Made by a program: the position numbers and the translations under genes. A DNA stretch of 64,000 nt from TPA_inf: Saccharomyces. Its lineage: Eukaryota. Below are positions 32,863 through 44,951 of this stretch, piece after piece (position 1 is the stretch's first letter; each line of letters begins with the position of its first letter). Below the pieces are notes generated by a model. That model searched no databases, had not been told where the DNA came from, and worked only from the letters and a program-made list of their open reading frames with translations. Location of the stretch: positions 320,001-384,000 of the forward strand of contig BK006949.2 of the NCBI GenBank assembly GCA_000146045.2, read 5' to 3'.

Positions 32863-35415
32863 TCAAAATCTTTTTCCTTTCTTTTTACCAACAACTTGAA
32901 ATTCCCAGTCTTCGGAACTGCCTTCAGGCATAGCTAATACTTCACTCCAGCTCAAGGGGTCATTAATTTCTTCTTCGCATTCTAGACGTTTTTTGATGAA
33001 ATCAGTGGCAAATCTCCTACCGTCCATTGTTGAACTGTAGGAATATATGGTATCTGCGATAATTTCCTTGGATTCTGAACCTGGGGGCAAGCTAAGTAGC
33101 ATTTCTAAAACATTATCGGGCTGAACACCCGTATTTAGTTTTAATTGGGATCGGCACCATCTCAAAAATTCTTGACGCTTAGAGACAGAAGCGTTACCGG
33201 GATAGGCAGGGATGCGAGACGGTTTAACTTGACGGGCCTTTAAAGTCGGGATACTAGTGGATGAGCCAATTTGTTTACTCTTATCGCTCATTTTAGTTTT
33301 TGTTGCGGTAGATAACCCCCCAGAAGAACGCAGTGTGTCCAAACTGATATATGACTTTGACTGGTTACCAGCGACAGGCATGGTGGAAGCGATGTGGGTT
33401 GTGCTCTTAGAAGAAACCGTGGTCCACGCATTGCTAGTATTCGAAGAGTTCAATGCCGAAGAAGATGGGGAAGGCGTTCTTGAAATGAAATCATCGAGTG
33501 AAGAAGCGCGGTTGAATTTCTTTGTTTTCTTTTGAACTTGTTCCCACAGCTTTTTCTGCTCTTCAATAAAAGTGGAATCTGGTTTAATATCACCATTGTT
33601 GGCCTTGTTAATTTTAGACTGACTGTTAATTTTGGTACTGTCTTTCATCAATTCTCCTTTAATATCAACTTTGATCGGTTGCTGTGGCTTTATACCCCAG
33701 GCAGAACCAGTTTGAGTTTTCGGAATTTGCGCCGAGCTTAATATTTCTTTCTGTAGTTTTAATGCCTGCTCACGATCTAACTGAGTACGATTAGGTTTTT
33801 TTTCTTTCTTGGACGAGTTCTCCTTCTTCAAATCTTCAAGAGCAGATGAAATCTGATTATAAACAGCACCCTCGGGTTTCTTGTTAGCCCAAGGCGCCAA
33901 ATTAGTGGTTATGGAAGTTGCGGTGTTTTCGGAAGATGGAGTTTCTGTATCTCCAGTTAAAATGTTATTTAGCAATTCTTTTTGCTTTTCTTTCTCTAAT
34001 TTTCCTTCTTCCTTCTTCTTCTTTTTTAACTTCTCTTCTTCCTTTTTCTGCTTTTGCTTCAATTTTTTCTCCTTCTTTAATTTGCGCTGTTCTTCTCTTC
34101 TCTTTTTTTCTTCTTCTTGTCTTTGTTGTTCTTCCAATAATTTTTGTGCCATCAGTTCTGCCTTTGCAAACCTTTTCTGCTCTTCAGAAGTCATTTGCGG
34201 CGTATCTTTGCTTTTCGGCTCATCAGCAGTGGATATTACATCCTTACGGTCTACCTCTTCAATCTCTGGTTGAACTTGATCCAATATATTTTGCTCTTTC
34301 TCGCTTCCTCGAGATTCTTCCTCCTGCTTAGTAGGATTTTTGACAATAGATTCCTCTTCATTTGTTATGTTAGAAACAGTTCTGCCCTCTTCTGAAAAAA
34401 CCTCTTGCTCCTCTGGAGAAGCTTCCTCGTGGGAAGGAACCTTCTCTTCATGGGAAGAAGTGGTTTTATTAGATCTACTAGAAGTCGTGGATAGAGGAGC
34501 GGTATATGCAGATATCTTTGGTATGCGATCTACCTTTGTGATATGACGGCCGTCAACCGGAACCCAAACCTGAGTTTCATGATAGTAACTTCCATCTTCA
34601 AATTTAAGGCCAAGGATTTCTTCATACGTAAAATCATCACTATGCACATCAGCAACAGGTATCAAATCTCTTGACTCAACTTTTTGCTTTTCTGATGAAG
34701 TTGGTGCAACAAGTGGAACAGCATTCAAAGCTCTAATAACAATGAAATCAAAGGCGACAAAAGGGTCTTGATAATTATTCACCAGAGTAGTCAATTCACC
34801 TAGTCTAATAAACCGATCATTTACACCAAATGGCTCAGGAGATGTTGCTAATCTACAGATTTGCAAAGTTGGAGTAAAATAACCTCCTTGATACCACTGT
34901 GACATATTATTGGTACCAAAAGGCCCCTGAATGTTACCATTAGAGTCAATGTATTTCCACTGAGATTCTATCCCCGGTGGTGGGGGTTGATTACCAACGT
35001 TGGGGGCAGGCCCTGTTGCGTTGTAGAGATAAGGAGCTACATTTGGAAATGTGCTCGAGGGTTTATTGAGAACGGAAGGGCTGCTGGCGTTCATATGCAG
35101 GTTGGATGATGCTGCACTAAATGCACTATTGTTTTCCTGATTAGCAGATATTTGTAGCGGAGATCCAGTAATTTCAGCGTCATATGCATTGAAGGGAACA
35201 GTACTGGCTCCACTAATCGCATTACTCCCTGGCACAAAAGGAGATGGAACTCTTTGGACGCCAATAGAATCCATAATGGAGGAGGGCCTTTGCAAAAGAG
35301 CCGCATTGTTCATGGTTGGAGTATTGCTATTTGATAATGCAGCAGTGTCTGAGTTCGCGTCTGCAAGTTTAACACTGTGAAGGTCAAACGCTAGAGAGTT
35401 GATAGGATTCATCAC
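32863..35415 (-). CDS. SYH1: GYF-domain protein Syh1 (YPL105C), 850 aa
   Basis: 850-aa ORF. It has a GYF-like region (WKYIDSNGNIQGPFGTNNMSQWYQGGYF) and a long K/E-rich coiled-coil low-complexity tract. Confidence 0.8.
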   Translation of the reverse strand: MMNPINSLAFDLHSVKLADANSDTAALSNSNTPTMNNAALLQRPSSIMDSIGVQRVPSPFVPGSNAISGASTVPFNAYDAEITGSPLQISANQENNSAFSAASSNLHMNASSPSVLNKPSSTFPNVAPYLYNATGPAPNVGNQPPPPGIESQWKYIDSNGNIQGPFGTNNMSQWYQGGYFTPTLQICRLATSPEPFGVNDRFIRLGELTTLVNNYQDPFVAFDFIVIRALNAVPLVAPTSSEKQKVESRDLIPVADVHSDDFTYEEILGLKFEDGSYYHETQVWVPVDGRHITKVDRIPKISAYTAPLSTTSSRSNKTTSSHEEKVPSHEEASPEEQEVFSEEGRTVSNITNEEESIVKNPTKQEEESRGSEKEQNILDQVQPEIEEVDRKDVISTADEPKSKDTPQMTSEEQKRFAKAELMAQKLLEEQQRQEEEKKRREEQRKLKKEKKLKQKQKKEEEKLKKKKKEEGKLEKEKQKELLNNILTGDTETPSSENTATSITTNLAPWANKKPEGAVYNQISSALEDLKKENSSKKEKKPNRTQLDREQALKLQKEILSSAQIPKTQTGSAWGIKPQQPIKVDIKGELMKDSTKINSQSKINKANNGDIKPDSTFIEEQKKLWEQVQKKTKKFNRASSLDDFISRTPSPSSSALNSSNTSNAWTTVSSKSTTHIASTMPVAGNQSKSYISLDTLRSSGGLSTATKTKMSDKSKQIGSSTSIPTLKARQVKPSRIPAYPGNASVSKRQEFLRWCRSQLKLNTGVQPDNVLEMLLSLPPGSESKEIIADTIYSYSSTMDGRRFATDFIKKRLECEEEINDPLSWSEVLAMPEGSSEDWEFQVVGKKKGKRF

Positions 35416-35699
35416 TTACTGCCACTGCCAATCTTGTGCAAGCTGTGGCAAAATCGACCTTCTCCATGCGTCCATGGTAAATGAAATGTTTTGCTTTCTT
35501 TTTCGTGCTTGCAAAGTTTGGTAGATGAAATTTCAGAAAGCTACTGCCGTACCAAAGTACAATAATAAGGTGAAAATGGGAGTAGGAAGTAATAGATGGC
35601 ATTGAATGCCTCATTTATTCATTATTCATGTTTTCTTAACATTTTGATTCAGTTGAGTGCATGCTTTTTTGAAAAGACTAAACATTACAAGTTTTAATC

Positions 35700-37676
35700 A
35701 TGTTGGCCCGTTCCAGGGTGTGCTTGCAGACAATCACTAGACGGTTGGCAGACTTTCCAGAAGCCAATGCTATTAAGAAAAAATTTCTCTTTAGGAAGGA
35801 CACCTCGACCATCAAACAGTTAAAAGGACTGTCTAGCGGCCAGAAAATAGTACTCAATGGATGGATAGAGCAGAAGCCAAAAAGAGTTGGGAAAAATTTG
35901 ATCTTCGGACTTTTAAGGGACTCTAACGGTGACATTATCCAGTTGGTTGATAACAAATCGTTGTTGAAAGGCTTTACTTTAGAGGATGTGGTTCAAGCCG
36001 TAGGTATACTCTCTTTGAAGAGGAAGCTATCAAATGAGGACGCAGATGAGTACGAAGTGCAATTGGAGGATATTACTGTGTTAAATGCATCTAATAAAAA
36101 ACCAGCGCAAATGCAGGATTTTAAATTGTCAGCCATATACCCACCTGAGTTCCGCTATTTGCAATTGAGAAATCCCAAATATCAAGATTTTTTAAAGAAG
36201 AGGTCATCTATCTCTAAGGAAATAAGAAACTCCTTCAACAATTTTGATTTTACGGAGGTCGAGACCCCAATGTTATTTAAAGCTACCCCAGAAGGCGCAA
36301 GAGAGTTTCTGGTTCCAACAAGGACAAAGAGATCCGATGGTAAACCATCGTTTTATGCTCTAGATCAGAGCCCTCAACAATACAAGCAACTCTTAATGGC
36401 TAGTGGTGTCAACAAATATTATCAAATGGCAAGGTGCTTTAGAGATGAAGATTTAAGAGCAGACAGGCAGCCTGAGTTTACACAGGTTGATATGGAAATG
36501 GCCTTTGCTAATTCTGAAGATGTCATGAAAATCATAGAAAAGACAGTTTCTGGGGTATGGAGTAAATTTTCCAAAAAACGAGGATTATTGACTTTAGACA
36601 GTAAGGGTACATTAGTGCCTGCGAAAAAGGAAAACGGCACAGTATCTATCTTTCGTATGACCTACGAACAAGCCATGACCTCATATGGTATTGACAAGCC
36701 AGATTTGAGAGCGCCAGATTTGAAGATTATCAATTTAGGCGAGTTCAATGCCTTTAGTCATTTGAACAAAAAATTTCCCGTTTTTGAAGTAATTATTCTA
36801 AGAAGTGCCTTTTCAAATATGGAAGAGTACAAAGAACGATGGTCGTTTCTGACAAATAACAGTAATTACAATTATAGAGTTCCAATAGTGCTACCAATTG
36901 AAAATGACGAACAAGCTAATTCAAATTGGTTTGAGAATTTTCATGCAATTGCCACGTTTGAAAACCCACATCTAATAACCAAATTTCTGAAACTGAAAAA
37001 AGGTGACATTGTATGCGGTTGTACGAGAGAGCCAAACCATTCCATTTTCGAGAATCCTACTCCCCTGGGAAGATTGAGACAGTTGGTGCTACAAAGTGAG
37101 CATGGGAAAAATATCTATCATGCTGTCAATAAGGATGTTGCCTCATGGATTGTGGATTTCCCGTTATTTTCTCCCGTTATAATTGAAGATAAGTCTGGTA
37201 AAAAAGAAAAGCTTGCATATCCGGAGTACGAAAAGGATAGACTATGTTCCACGCATCATCCTTTTACTATGGTGAAGCTTAAAGACTACGAAAAATTAGA
37301 AAAGACGCCGGAAAAGTGCTTGGGTCGGCATTATGACCTCGTAGTTAACGGTGTGGAACTTGGTGGTGGCTCAACAAGAATTCACGATCCAAGATTACAA
37401 GACTATATTTTCGAAGATATCCTCAAAATAGATAATGCATATGAACTATTTGGCCATTTACTGAATGCTTTTGATATGGGAACACCGCCACACGCTGGAT
37501 TTGCTATTGGTTTTGATCGTATGTGCGCTATGATCTGTGAAACTGAGAGTATAAGGGACGTAATCGCCTTCCCAAAAAGTATTACCGGGGCTGATTTGGT
37601 TGTCAAGAGTCCAAGTGTGATACCTGAAAGCATTCTGGAACCTTACAATATCAAGTATAGTAATTCAAAAAAATGA
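35700..37676 (+). CDS. MSD1: Mitochondrial aspartyl-tRNA synthetase Msd1 (YPL104W), 658 aa
   Basis: 658-aa ORF with an N-terminal MTS. Class II aaRS motifs are present: FRDEDLRADRQPEFTQVDME, and GGGSTRIHD near the C-terminus. Confidence 0.88.
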   Translation: MLARSRVCLQTITRRLADFPEANAIKKKFLFRKDTSTIKQLKGLSSGQKIVLNGWIEQKPKRVGKNLIFGLLRDSNGDIIQLVDNKSLLKGFTLEDVVQAVGILSLKRKLSNEDADEYEVQLEDITVLNASNKKPAQMQDFKLSAIYPPEFRYLQLRNPKYQDFLKKRSSISKEIRNSFNNFDFTEVETPMLFKATPEGAREFLVPTRTKRSDGKPSFYALDQSPQQYKQLLMASGVNKYYQMARCFRDEDLRADRQPEFTQVDMEMAFANSEDVMKIIEKTVSGVWSKFSKKRGLLTLDSKGTLVPAKKENGTVSIFRMTYEQAMTSYGIDKPDLRAPDLKIINLGEFNAFSHLNKKFPVFEVIILRSAFSNMEEYKERWSFLTNNSNYNYRVPIVLPIENDEQANSNWFENFHAIATFENPHLITKFLKLKKGDIVCGCTREPNHSIFENPTPLGRLRQLVLQSEHGKNIYHAVNKDVASWIVDFPLFSPVIIEDKSGKKEKLAYPEYEKDRLCSTHHPFTMVKLKDYEKLEKTPEKCLGRHYDLVVNGVELGGGSTRIHDPRLQDYIFEDILKIDNAYELFGHLLNAFDMGTPPHAGFAIGFDRMCAMICETESIRDVIAFPKSITGADLVVKSPSVIPESILEPYNIKYSNSKK

Positions 37677-37999
37677 GCAGAAGTTGATGTTACCTAGATG
37701 TGAGAGAATCTTAGTGTGGCTGCAGTATGTAGGTTTTTCTTGTAAATATTATACCTATTTTGTTTGCCTTGTATATGAAGAGATGAAATAACAAATCGAT
37801 ATCCATTACTTGAATTGATTTTTTATCAACATTAATTGTAATTTCTTTATAACATCTTATTGGATATCATACGAATGTTTTTAAATTACAAAATCATTAA
37901 ATCATAAAATGTTCAGTGAGTACAATCTCCCAAAGTCTACGTTTACTGTAATTTATCGCTATTTACAGGGACGCTGCAGCTTAAATATTAGCGCCTAAG

Positions 38000-39406
38000 T
38001 TAGTCGAAGCATTCTGTCTTGCCCAATTCTGGACAGTAGCAGCGGTCTTTAAACCCACCCCACTCGGCCAACATTTCTAATTTTTCCTTTGGCTCTAAGA
38101 AATATTCTCCGCTTAATACAAAGGTCCCCCAATGAACGCCTAATACATTTCGAGCTTCTAGATCTTTCATAATCTTGAGAACCTCTTGAGGATTAATATG
38201 TCGTGGTTTTTGGTGCCACTCAGGGCAATACTGACCACATGGAAGCAGCGCTAATTTACAACCTTTGCCAAAGCGTTCTTTAATTCTAACGAATAAATCT
38301 TTCACATATCCAGTGTCACCAGCATGAAAAAGTATGGGATTACCATGGTGTGTTAATAAAAAGGAGCACCATAGAGACTTGTTCGTATCTAAGAGCGATC
38401 TCCCAGACCAATGCATGGCAGGAGTAGCCGATATGTGGTATATCTCATTGTTTTTCTTTACTTGCAAAGTTTCCCACCAAGATAATTCTAGGACATTATC
38501 ACAGCCGTTACTTGTCATATAAGATTTCATTCCTTTAGGTACTATCCATAAGGGAGAGTCTTTGCCACTCCAGTATTCCAAGCTTTCTAAATCCAGGTGA
38601 TCGGGGTGATTATGGGATACAAGGATGATATCTGGTTTGGGCACCTCTGTAATTTGAGATGGCATTTGAGTAATTCTTTTAGGACCCAGGGTCTTGTGGA
38701 TAAGAAAGTCACTGAACAGAGGATCAGTAAGTATCCTCAATCCATTATAAACCGTGTAGTTACAGGACTGGCCCAGCCATGTGTTATAGACTGGGCACTT
38801 TGATCCTTCATTTTCTTCTACTGCAGTCGGTATGTGCAATTCGTCTAACACTTTGCATTCTAGCGGCAATGCCGTTTCCTCTGCGGGGTCGACGTCCACT
38901 AAGTTAGGCCCCCATGTTGGCTTGTGTACAGGCATTAACTTATTCATTTGGTGTACATCACGTGGAATACCTCCCCTATTTCTTTCAAATAATTCGAACA
39001 CTCTATTTGCAAAGAATTCAAAAACGGTCTGAATCCTGTATTCTTCGAACGGGTTCTCAAATCTGCCTAAAACTTCCAAAGGGCTATATTTTAGCAAGGA
39101 TCCCTTATAAGTGACCTCGTTATTATTCTCCTCTAATCTTTGACACATTTCGTTTCTTAAATCAATTTGCTTCACTGTAGCCAATGATACATAAAACGCA
39201 TATCCTGTGTAAGGTACCAAAACAGACAACAGAAGTATACGTGCGTATTTTCTCGAGCATTTTTGTATAGGGCGTGTCTTTTGCGAAGCATGTCTTTTGA
39301 AAGTTGACAATGATGTCTGGGGTCTAAACAGCTCTGATTCTCGTAAACGCACTAGTCTCCTTTGGAGAAGAAGCCTCATCTGAACATGGCAGGTAACAAA
39401 ATTCAT
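38000..39406 (-). CDS. FMP30: Mitochondrial NAPE-specific phospholipase D (metallo-beta-lactamase fold) Fmp30 (YPL103C), 468 aa
   Basis: The first ATG is at 39404-39406 (MNFVTCHVQMRLLL). The track start is a GTG 3 codons upstream. An HxHxDH metallo-beta-lactamase motif is present (SHNHPDHLD). Confidence 0.85.
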   Translation of the reverse strand: MNFVTCHVQMRLLLQRRLVRLRESELFRPQTSLSTFKRHASQKTRPIQKCSRKYARILLLSVLVPYTGYAFYVSLATVKQIDLRNEMCQRLEENNNEVTYKGSLLKYSPLEVLGRFENPFEEYRIQTVFEFFANRVFELFERNRGGIPRDVHQMNKLMPVHKPTWGPNLVDVDPAEETALPLECKVLDELHIPTAVEENEGSKCPVYNTWLGQSCNYTVYNGLRILTDPLFSDFLIHKTLGPKRITQMPSQITEVPKPDIILVSHNHPDHLDLESLEYWSGKDSPLWIVPKGMKSYMTSNGCDNVLELSWWETLQVKKNNEIYHISATPAMHWSGRSLLDTNKSLWCSFLLTHHGNPILFHAGDTGYVKDLFVRIKERFGKGCKLALLPCGQYCPEWHQKPRHINPQEVLKIMKDLEARNVLGVHWGTFVLSGEYFLEPKEKLEMLAEWGGFKDRCYCPELGKTECFD

Positions 39407-40208
39407 TTGCAACACAAGCAGGCATGCAATCCTTCAGTAATTGGAGTGCTACTGTTCACACCATATTCTCGCTATTCTCGAACTACGTTTTTTTTTTTTT
39501 GTTAAGCATCAGTAGTGAGTCTTCGGGAACTGCTTAACGACAGTAAAGGAAAAAAAAAACTAGCAGCTGTTGATAATATTCAGAAAATGAACGCAGAAGG
39601 AATCATTAGCTAAAAAGTTTATTATTAAAATCAGACATATATCTCATTATAATATTTTTTTTTTATAATACCACCATTTGTTCTCATATAATACTGATAA
39701 ATATCGCATCGAATGGAAAAGACAAATAGGAGGCCGCTATTGTAATTTGGGCCTTAACCTATTTATTCTCTCTCTTTTAATTGATATTTTAATCTTTTTG
39801 AAGCCTACAATGTATTTTGGGCGATAATCAAGGAGAATATCAGTGTCATATACTCACTGTGGTAAATGTATTTCTAAAGTAGTTCCAATTCTTTCTTCAA
39901 AAAAGGCCACTAGACGATGTGCTTTCTTGCACAAGCATTTTGCTGGGCTATCTTCAATAGTGATAATTCTAACTAACTCAAAACCAGATGGCAAGTTCTT
40001 CCCTATGGTCGACTTCTCTCAGACGCAATAGTAGCTATGTTATTGATGGCTTTTGACGCCAGACCGGGTAAAGCGCATGGAATGAACTCTAAACTGTTAA
40101 AATAACAAAAACGACATATGAAGATGTCGATGAGGCTGGATAGTTTAGAGATGAGGTGCAGAGAACAACATTGTATAACAAATTCGGCTCCCAAATATCG
40201 CATGTACC

Positions 40209-41579
40209 ATGTCATTTCGTAAAAGAGGTGAAATACTGAACGATAGAGGTAGCGGGCTAAGAGGTCCACTGTTAAGAGGTCCTCCACGAACTTCCTCAAC
40301 GCCATTGAGGACAGGCAACAGAAGAGCCCCTGGAAATGTGCCCTTGTCTGACACTACAGCGAGATTAAAGAAGTTGAATATTGCGGACGAATCCAAGACA
40401 AAAATGGGGCTGGATAGCTCCCATGTGGGCGTTAGACCTTCTCCTGCAACCTCTCAGCCGACGACATCAACTGGGAGTGCTGACCTGGACAGTATACTAG
40501 GCCATATGGGGCTGCCGCTGGGAAACTCTGTACTAGTAGAGGAGCAGAGCACGACAGAATTTCACTCTATTCTCGGTAAACTGTTTGCCGCACAGGGTAT
40601 CGTTCATAATAGAATTTCAGATAGCAGTGCTGATAAAACTAGAAACGGCGACACTCATGTCATTGTCTTGTCATTGAACCAAATGTTTGCAAAGGAGCTA
40701 CCTGGTATCTACAAGGGATCACGTAAACAAATGAAGAAAAACCTAATCTCTGAAGAAGAATCAAAAGTTACTGTTCAAAATTTGAACGAGACCCAGAGAT
40801 CGACGCCTTCCAGGTACAAAGACCTGAAAATTGCATGGAAATATAAACTGGCAGATGAAAAGAGATTGGGTTCTCCGGATCGAGATGACATCCAACAAAA
40901 TTCTGAGTACAAGGACTACAATCATCAGTTTGATATTACAACGCGTCTGATGCCCGCTCCCATAGCATCTGAACTGACATTTATCGCCCCAACTCAACCT
41001 GTCTCCACTATTTTGAGCCAAATAGAACAGACTATTAAAAGGAATGACAAGAAACTGATAAGAATTGTTATTCCTTCCCTTCTACATCCGGCAATGTATC
41101 CGCCCAAAATGTTTGAATCATCTGAAATAATAGGTTTAATGCACGGTGTGAGGAGTCTTGTCAAGAAATACTATGAGCGGGTTGTACTGTTTGCTTCCAT
41201 ATCCATAGACATTATCACTCCCCCATTACTGGTATTGCTGAGAAACATGTTCGATTCTGTTATCAATCTAGAACCCTTTAACCAGGAGATGACTGAGTTC
41301 TTAGAACGTGTTTATAAATCGCAACCGGGGAAGATTCAACATGGGCTAGTCCACATATTGAAATTACCAGTTTTCACGGACCGTGGAGAGATGAGAGTTT
41401 TAAAGTCTGAATGGGCATTTAAGAATGGCAGAAAAAAGTTTGAAATAGAACAATGGGGCATACCCGTGGATGATGCTGAAGGTTCAGCTGCCTCGGAACA
41501 GTCACATTCACACTCGCACTCGGATGAAATCTCACATAATATACCTGCAAAGAAGACCAAGATATCTTTAGACTATTAA
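40209..41579 (+). CDS. ELP4: Elongator complex subunit Elp4 (YPL101W), 456 aa
   Basis: 456-aa ORF (MSFRKRGEILNDRGSGLRGPLLRGPP). It has a RecA-like fold without an ATPase signature. The dubious ORF YPL102C overlaps its 5' end on the opposite strand. Confidence 0.88.
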   Translation: MSFRKRGEILNDRGSGLRGPLLRGPPRTSSTPLRTGNRRAPGNVPLSDTTARLKKLNIADESKTKMGLDSSHVGVRPSPATSQPTTSTGSADLDSILGHMGLPLGNSVLVEEQSTTEFHSILGKLFAAQGIVHNRISDSSADKTRNGDTHVIVLSLNQMFAKELPGIYKGSRKQMKKNLISEEESKVTVQNLNETQRSTPSRYKDLKIAWKYKLADEKRLGSPDRDDIQQNSEYKDYNHQFDITTRLMPAPIASELTFIAPTQPVSTILSQIEQTIKRNDKKLIRIVIPSLLHPAMYPPKMFESSEIIGLMHGVRSLVKKYYERVVLFASISIDIITPPLLVLLRNMFDSVINLEPFNQEMTEFLERVYKSQPGKIQHGLVHILKLPVFTDRGEMRVLKSEWAFKNGRKKFEIEQWGIPVDDAEGSAASEQSHSHSHSDEISHNIPAKKTKISLDY

Positions 41580-41871
41580 GAATATGGTTCAATTTATGGG
41601 AAATATACGGCATGCTTTTTAACAAGCGTGGTGAATGTATTATTTTTTTATCTGTTATATCTTAAATACGACTATTATATATATATCCATCGTCTTTTTC
41701 CTGACTCTAAGCGGTGGCAGCTGGAAGGTAGAAAAAGGTATCGCCTAGATGTCAAAATATGAAAAAGTGAAATGAATATTAACAAAAAAGGAGCGTGAGC
41801 TGCAGAAAGAATTTGACCAACAAAAGACAATTCCACTCCTTTGGATTTGAAATAGACAGATAGAAAAGGAT

Positions 41872-43362
41872 ATGAAAGTATTACAATTCAATCAAGATGC
41901 AACGTGCTGTGTGGTGGCCGCGTCATCGCATCAGATTTCGATTTTTAACTGCGACCCCTTTGGTAAATGTTTTGAAATTGACACTAAGAATTCCAAGAAG
42001 AAGACTTCAAACAATAACGGTTCAGCTTCAAACTCAGAATCACGGAATAATGAGGAGAGCATATTAATAACTAATGGCTCCCGCGATCGTACTGATGCAG
42101 AAGAAGAGGAAGATAATGAAGATAATGCCCTCGTTACAGGAAATATACTGAAAGAAGGGGAGTTTGTCATTGAAATGTTGTTTTCAACTAGTCTTATTGC
42201 TATTGCAGATAGAGGACAAGGTCTAAACAAAGGAAAAAAGCTGAAGATTGTCAATACAAAGAGAAAATGTACTATTTGTGAAATAGTTTTCCCACATGAA
42301 ATTGTTGATGTGGTCATGAATAGAAAAAGAATGTGCGTACTTCTTGAAAGTGACCAGATATTCATTTATGATATATCTTGTATGAAACCCTTAGAAACTA
42401 TCGATCTTTGGGAAGATCATTATAAGAGGTCCCAAGCCAATTCGTTCTCAAATGCGTCAAATACTGGTACTTTGGAGGGAGATTCTGCAAATTTGAACAG
42501 GGTGGCTACCAATTTACTAGCAAATGCCACTCAAAAAAGTGTGAATGGATCTAATCCTAGTGTAAGAACCAGAAGAAACTCTCTAAGAAGTAAAATAAGG
42601 CCAAGAATGGTTTTAAGTAACGATGATAGAAGTATACTGTGTTTTACTGCGTATAGCTCGCCCAAGAAGAATAAGCCCAATTCAGAAGCACTATATGATG
42701 TAGTGATTTATGACACATTAAATGTGACGCCAGTTAATTACTTGAATTCCGTTCATAAGGGGAATGTTGCATGTTTAGCAGTAAGTCACGATGGTAAACT
42801 GCTTGCTACTGCCTCAGATAAGGGGACCATAATAAGGGTGTTTCATACGGGGGTAGATTCGGACTATATGTCTTCAAGGTCACTGTTTAAAGAATTTAGA
42901 CGGGGTACCAGATTGTGCAATTTGTATCAGCTAGCTTTCGATAAGAGTATGACTATGATTGGATGTGTAGGTGATACGGACACTATTCATCTTTTCAAAC
43001 TTGATGACGCCTCTAATAGCCTCCCTGGAGATAATTCTAGCAATGGCCACTGGAATGAAGAGGAATATATACTAGCATCAAATTCAAATCCCAGTATGGG
43101 AACTCCAAAGGAAATACCTCTCTCGAAACCAAGAATTGCGAATTACTTCTCGAAAAAAATAAAATCTTCAATACCAAACCAGAACCTGAGCCGTAACTTT
43201 GCTTATATAACAGTTAATGAATCGAACAGGAGTTGCTTAGGGTTTCCAGACGAATTTCCCAACCAAGTCTATATTGCCTCTGATGATGGAACCTTCAGTA
43301 TATATAGTATTCCGTCAAAACCTGGTGAATGTGTGCTGACTAAAAATAATAAATTTACATAA
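41872..43362 (+). CDS. ATG21: PROPPIN WD40 phosphoinositide-binding autophagy protein Atg21 (YPL100W), 496 aa
   Basis: 496-aa ORF. The FRRG phosphoinositide-binding motif is present (LFKEFRRGTRLC), together with WD-repeat signatures. Confidence 0.88.
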   Translation: MKVLQFNQDATCCVVAASSHQISIFNCDPFGKCFEIDTKNSKKKTSNNNGSASNSESRNNEESILITNGSRDRTDAEEEEDNEDNALVTGNILKEGEFVIEMLFSTSLIAIADRGQGLNKGKKLKIVNTKRKCTICEIVFPHEIVDVVMNRKRMCVLLESDQIFIYDISCMKPLETIDLWEDHYKRSQANSFSNASNTGTLEGDSANLNRVATNLLANATQKSVNGSNPSVRTRRNSLRSKIRPRMVLSNDDRSILCFTAYSSPKKNKPNSEALYDVVIYDTLNVTPVNYLNSVHKGNVACLAVSHDGKLLATASDKGTIIRVFHTGVDSDYMSSRSLFKEFRRGTRLCNLYQLAFDKSMTMIGCVGDTDTIHLFKLDDASNSLPGDNSSNGHWNEEEYILASNSNPSMGTPKEIPLSKPRIANYFSKKIKSSIPNQNLSRNFAYITVNESNRSCLGFPDEFPNQVYIASDDGTFSIYSIPSKPGECVLTKNNKFT

Positions 43363-43519
43363 TGCATATGTGCAGTTTTCATAATCTTAATAGATATTGT
43401 ACGTATTCACGTGTGAATTGCTAAAGAGGGTAGAAATCTTCAAAACAAGCAATTTGAAAATATTTACATAGGCAATGGTACATTCTAGAAACACGAAAAG
43501 CCAACAAGATAACTAATTC

Positions 43520-44104
<585 letters not shown>

Positions 44105-44385
44105 TCAAAGTTTACAAATATAACAGAGTGCTTAGCGAATACTTTATTTTATGAGTCTTGCCGTTAGTGACCCCACCCAAAATAAGATGCAAACCGGTAT
44201 ACATATTAGACATTTCCCACGTATACAAATATATTAAGTAAATAAGCCTCGTCGTGATGAACTTAAATACATGGTATTGAGAGAGTTATAAACAGGTAGA
44301 TAGATATCTTAAATAAAAATAAGCAGATAAGTAACAATGTTTAAGAAAACGATGGGGAAGCGTAAATATATGCAAAATTTCCCCC

Positions 44386-44733
<348 letters not shown>

Positions 44734-44951
44734 TTAATATTGGACTTGAAGCTGTTGCGCTATTTGTGCTATATGATCTTGTGTGGTGTTCTGTGCTTCC
44801 TTCTTATGGAAAAGTAGTGGAGTCTGTTTGGTAATGTTGGTCTTGTTCGGGAGTTTTGAAAAGAAAATAAAAAGTGGTTGGCTCATAATGTTAAGAAAGA
44901 ATTTCCAGTTTCCGATTGAACACAGCAATCTACAGGTAGACATTGTGAATC

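Noticed and set aside
40003-40305. 100-aa minus-strand ORF overlapping the ELP4 5' end. It corresponds to the dubious ORF YPL102C.
   Set aside because: It overlaps the ELP4 start codon region on the opposite strand. There is no conservation signal. It is treated as spurious.
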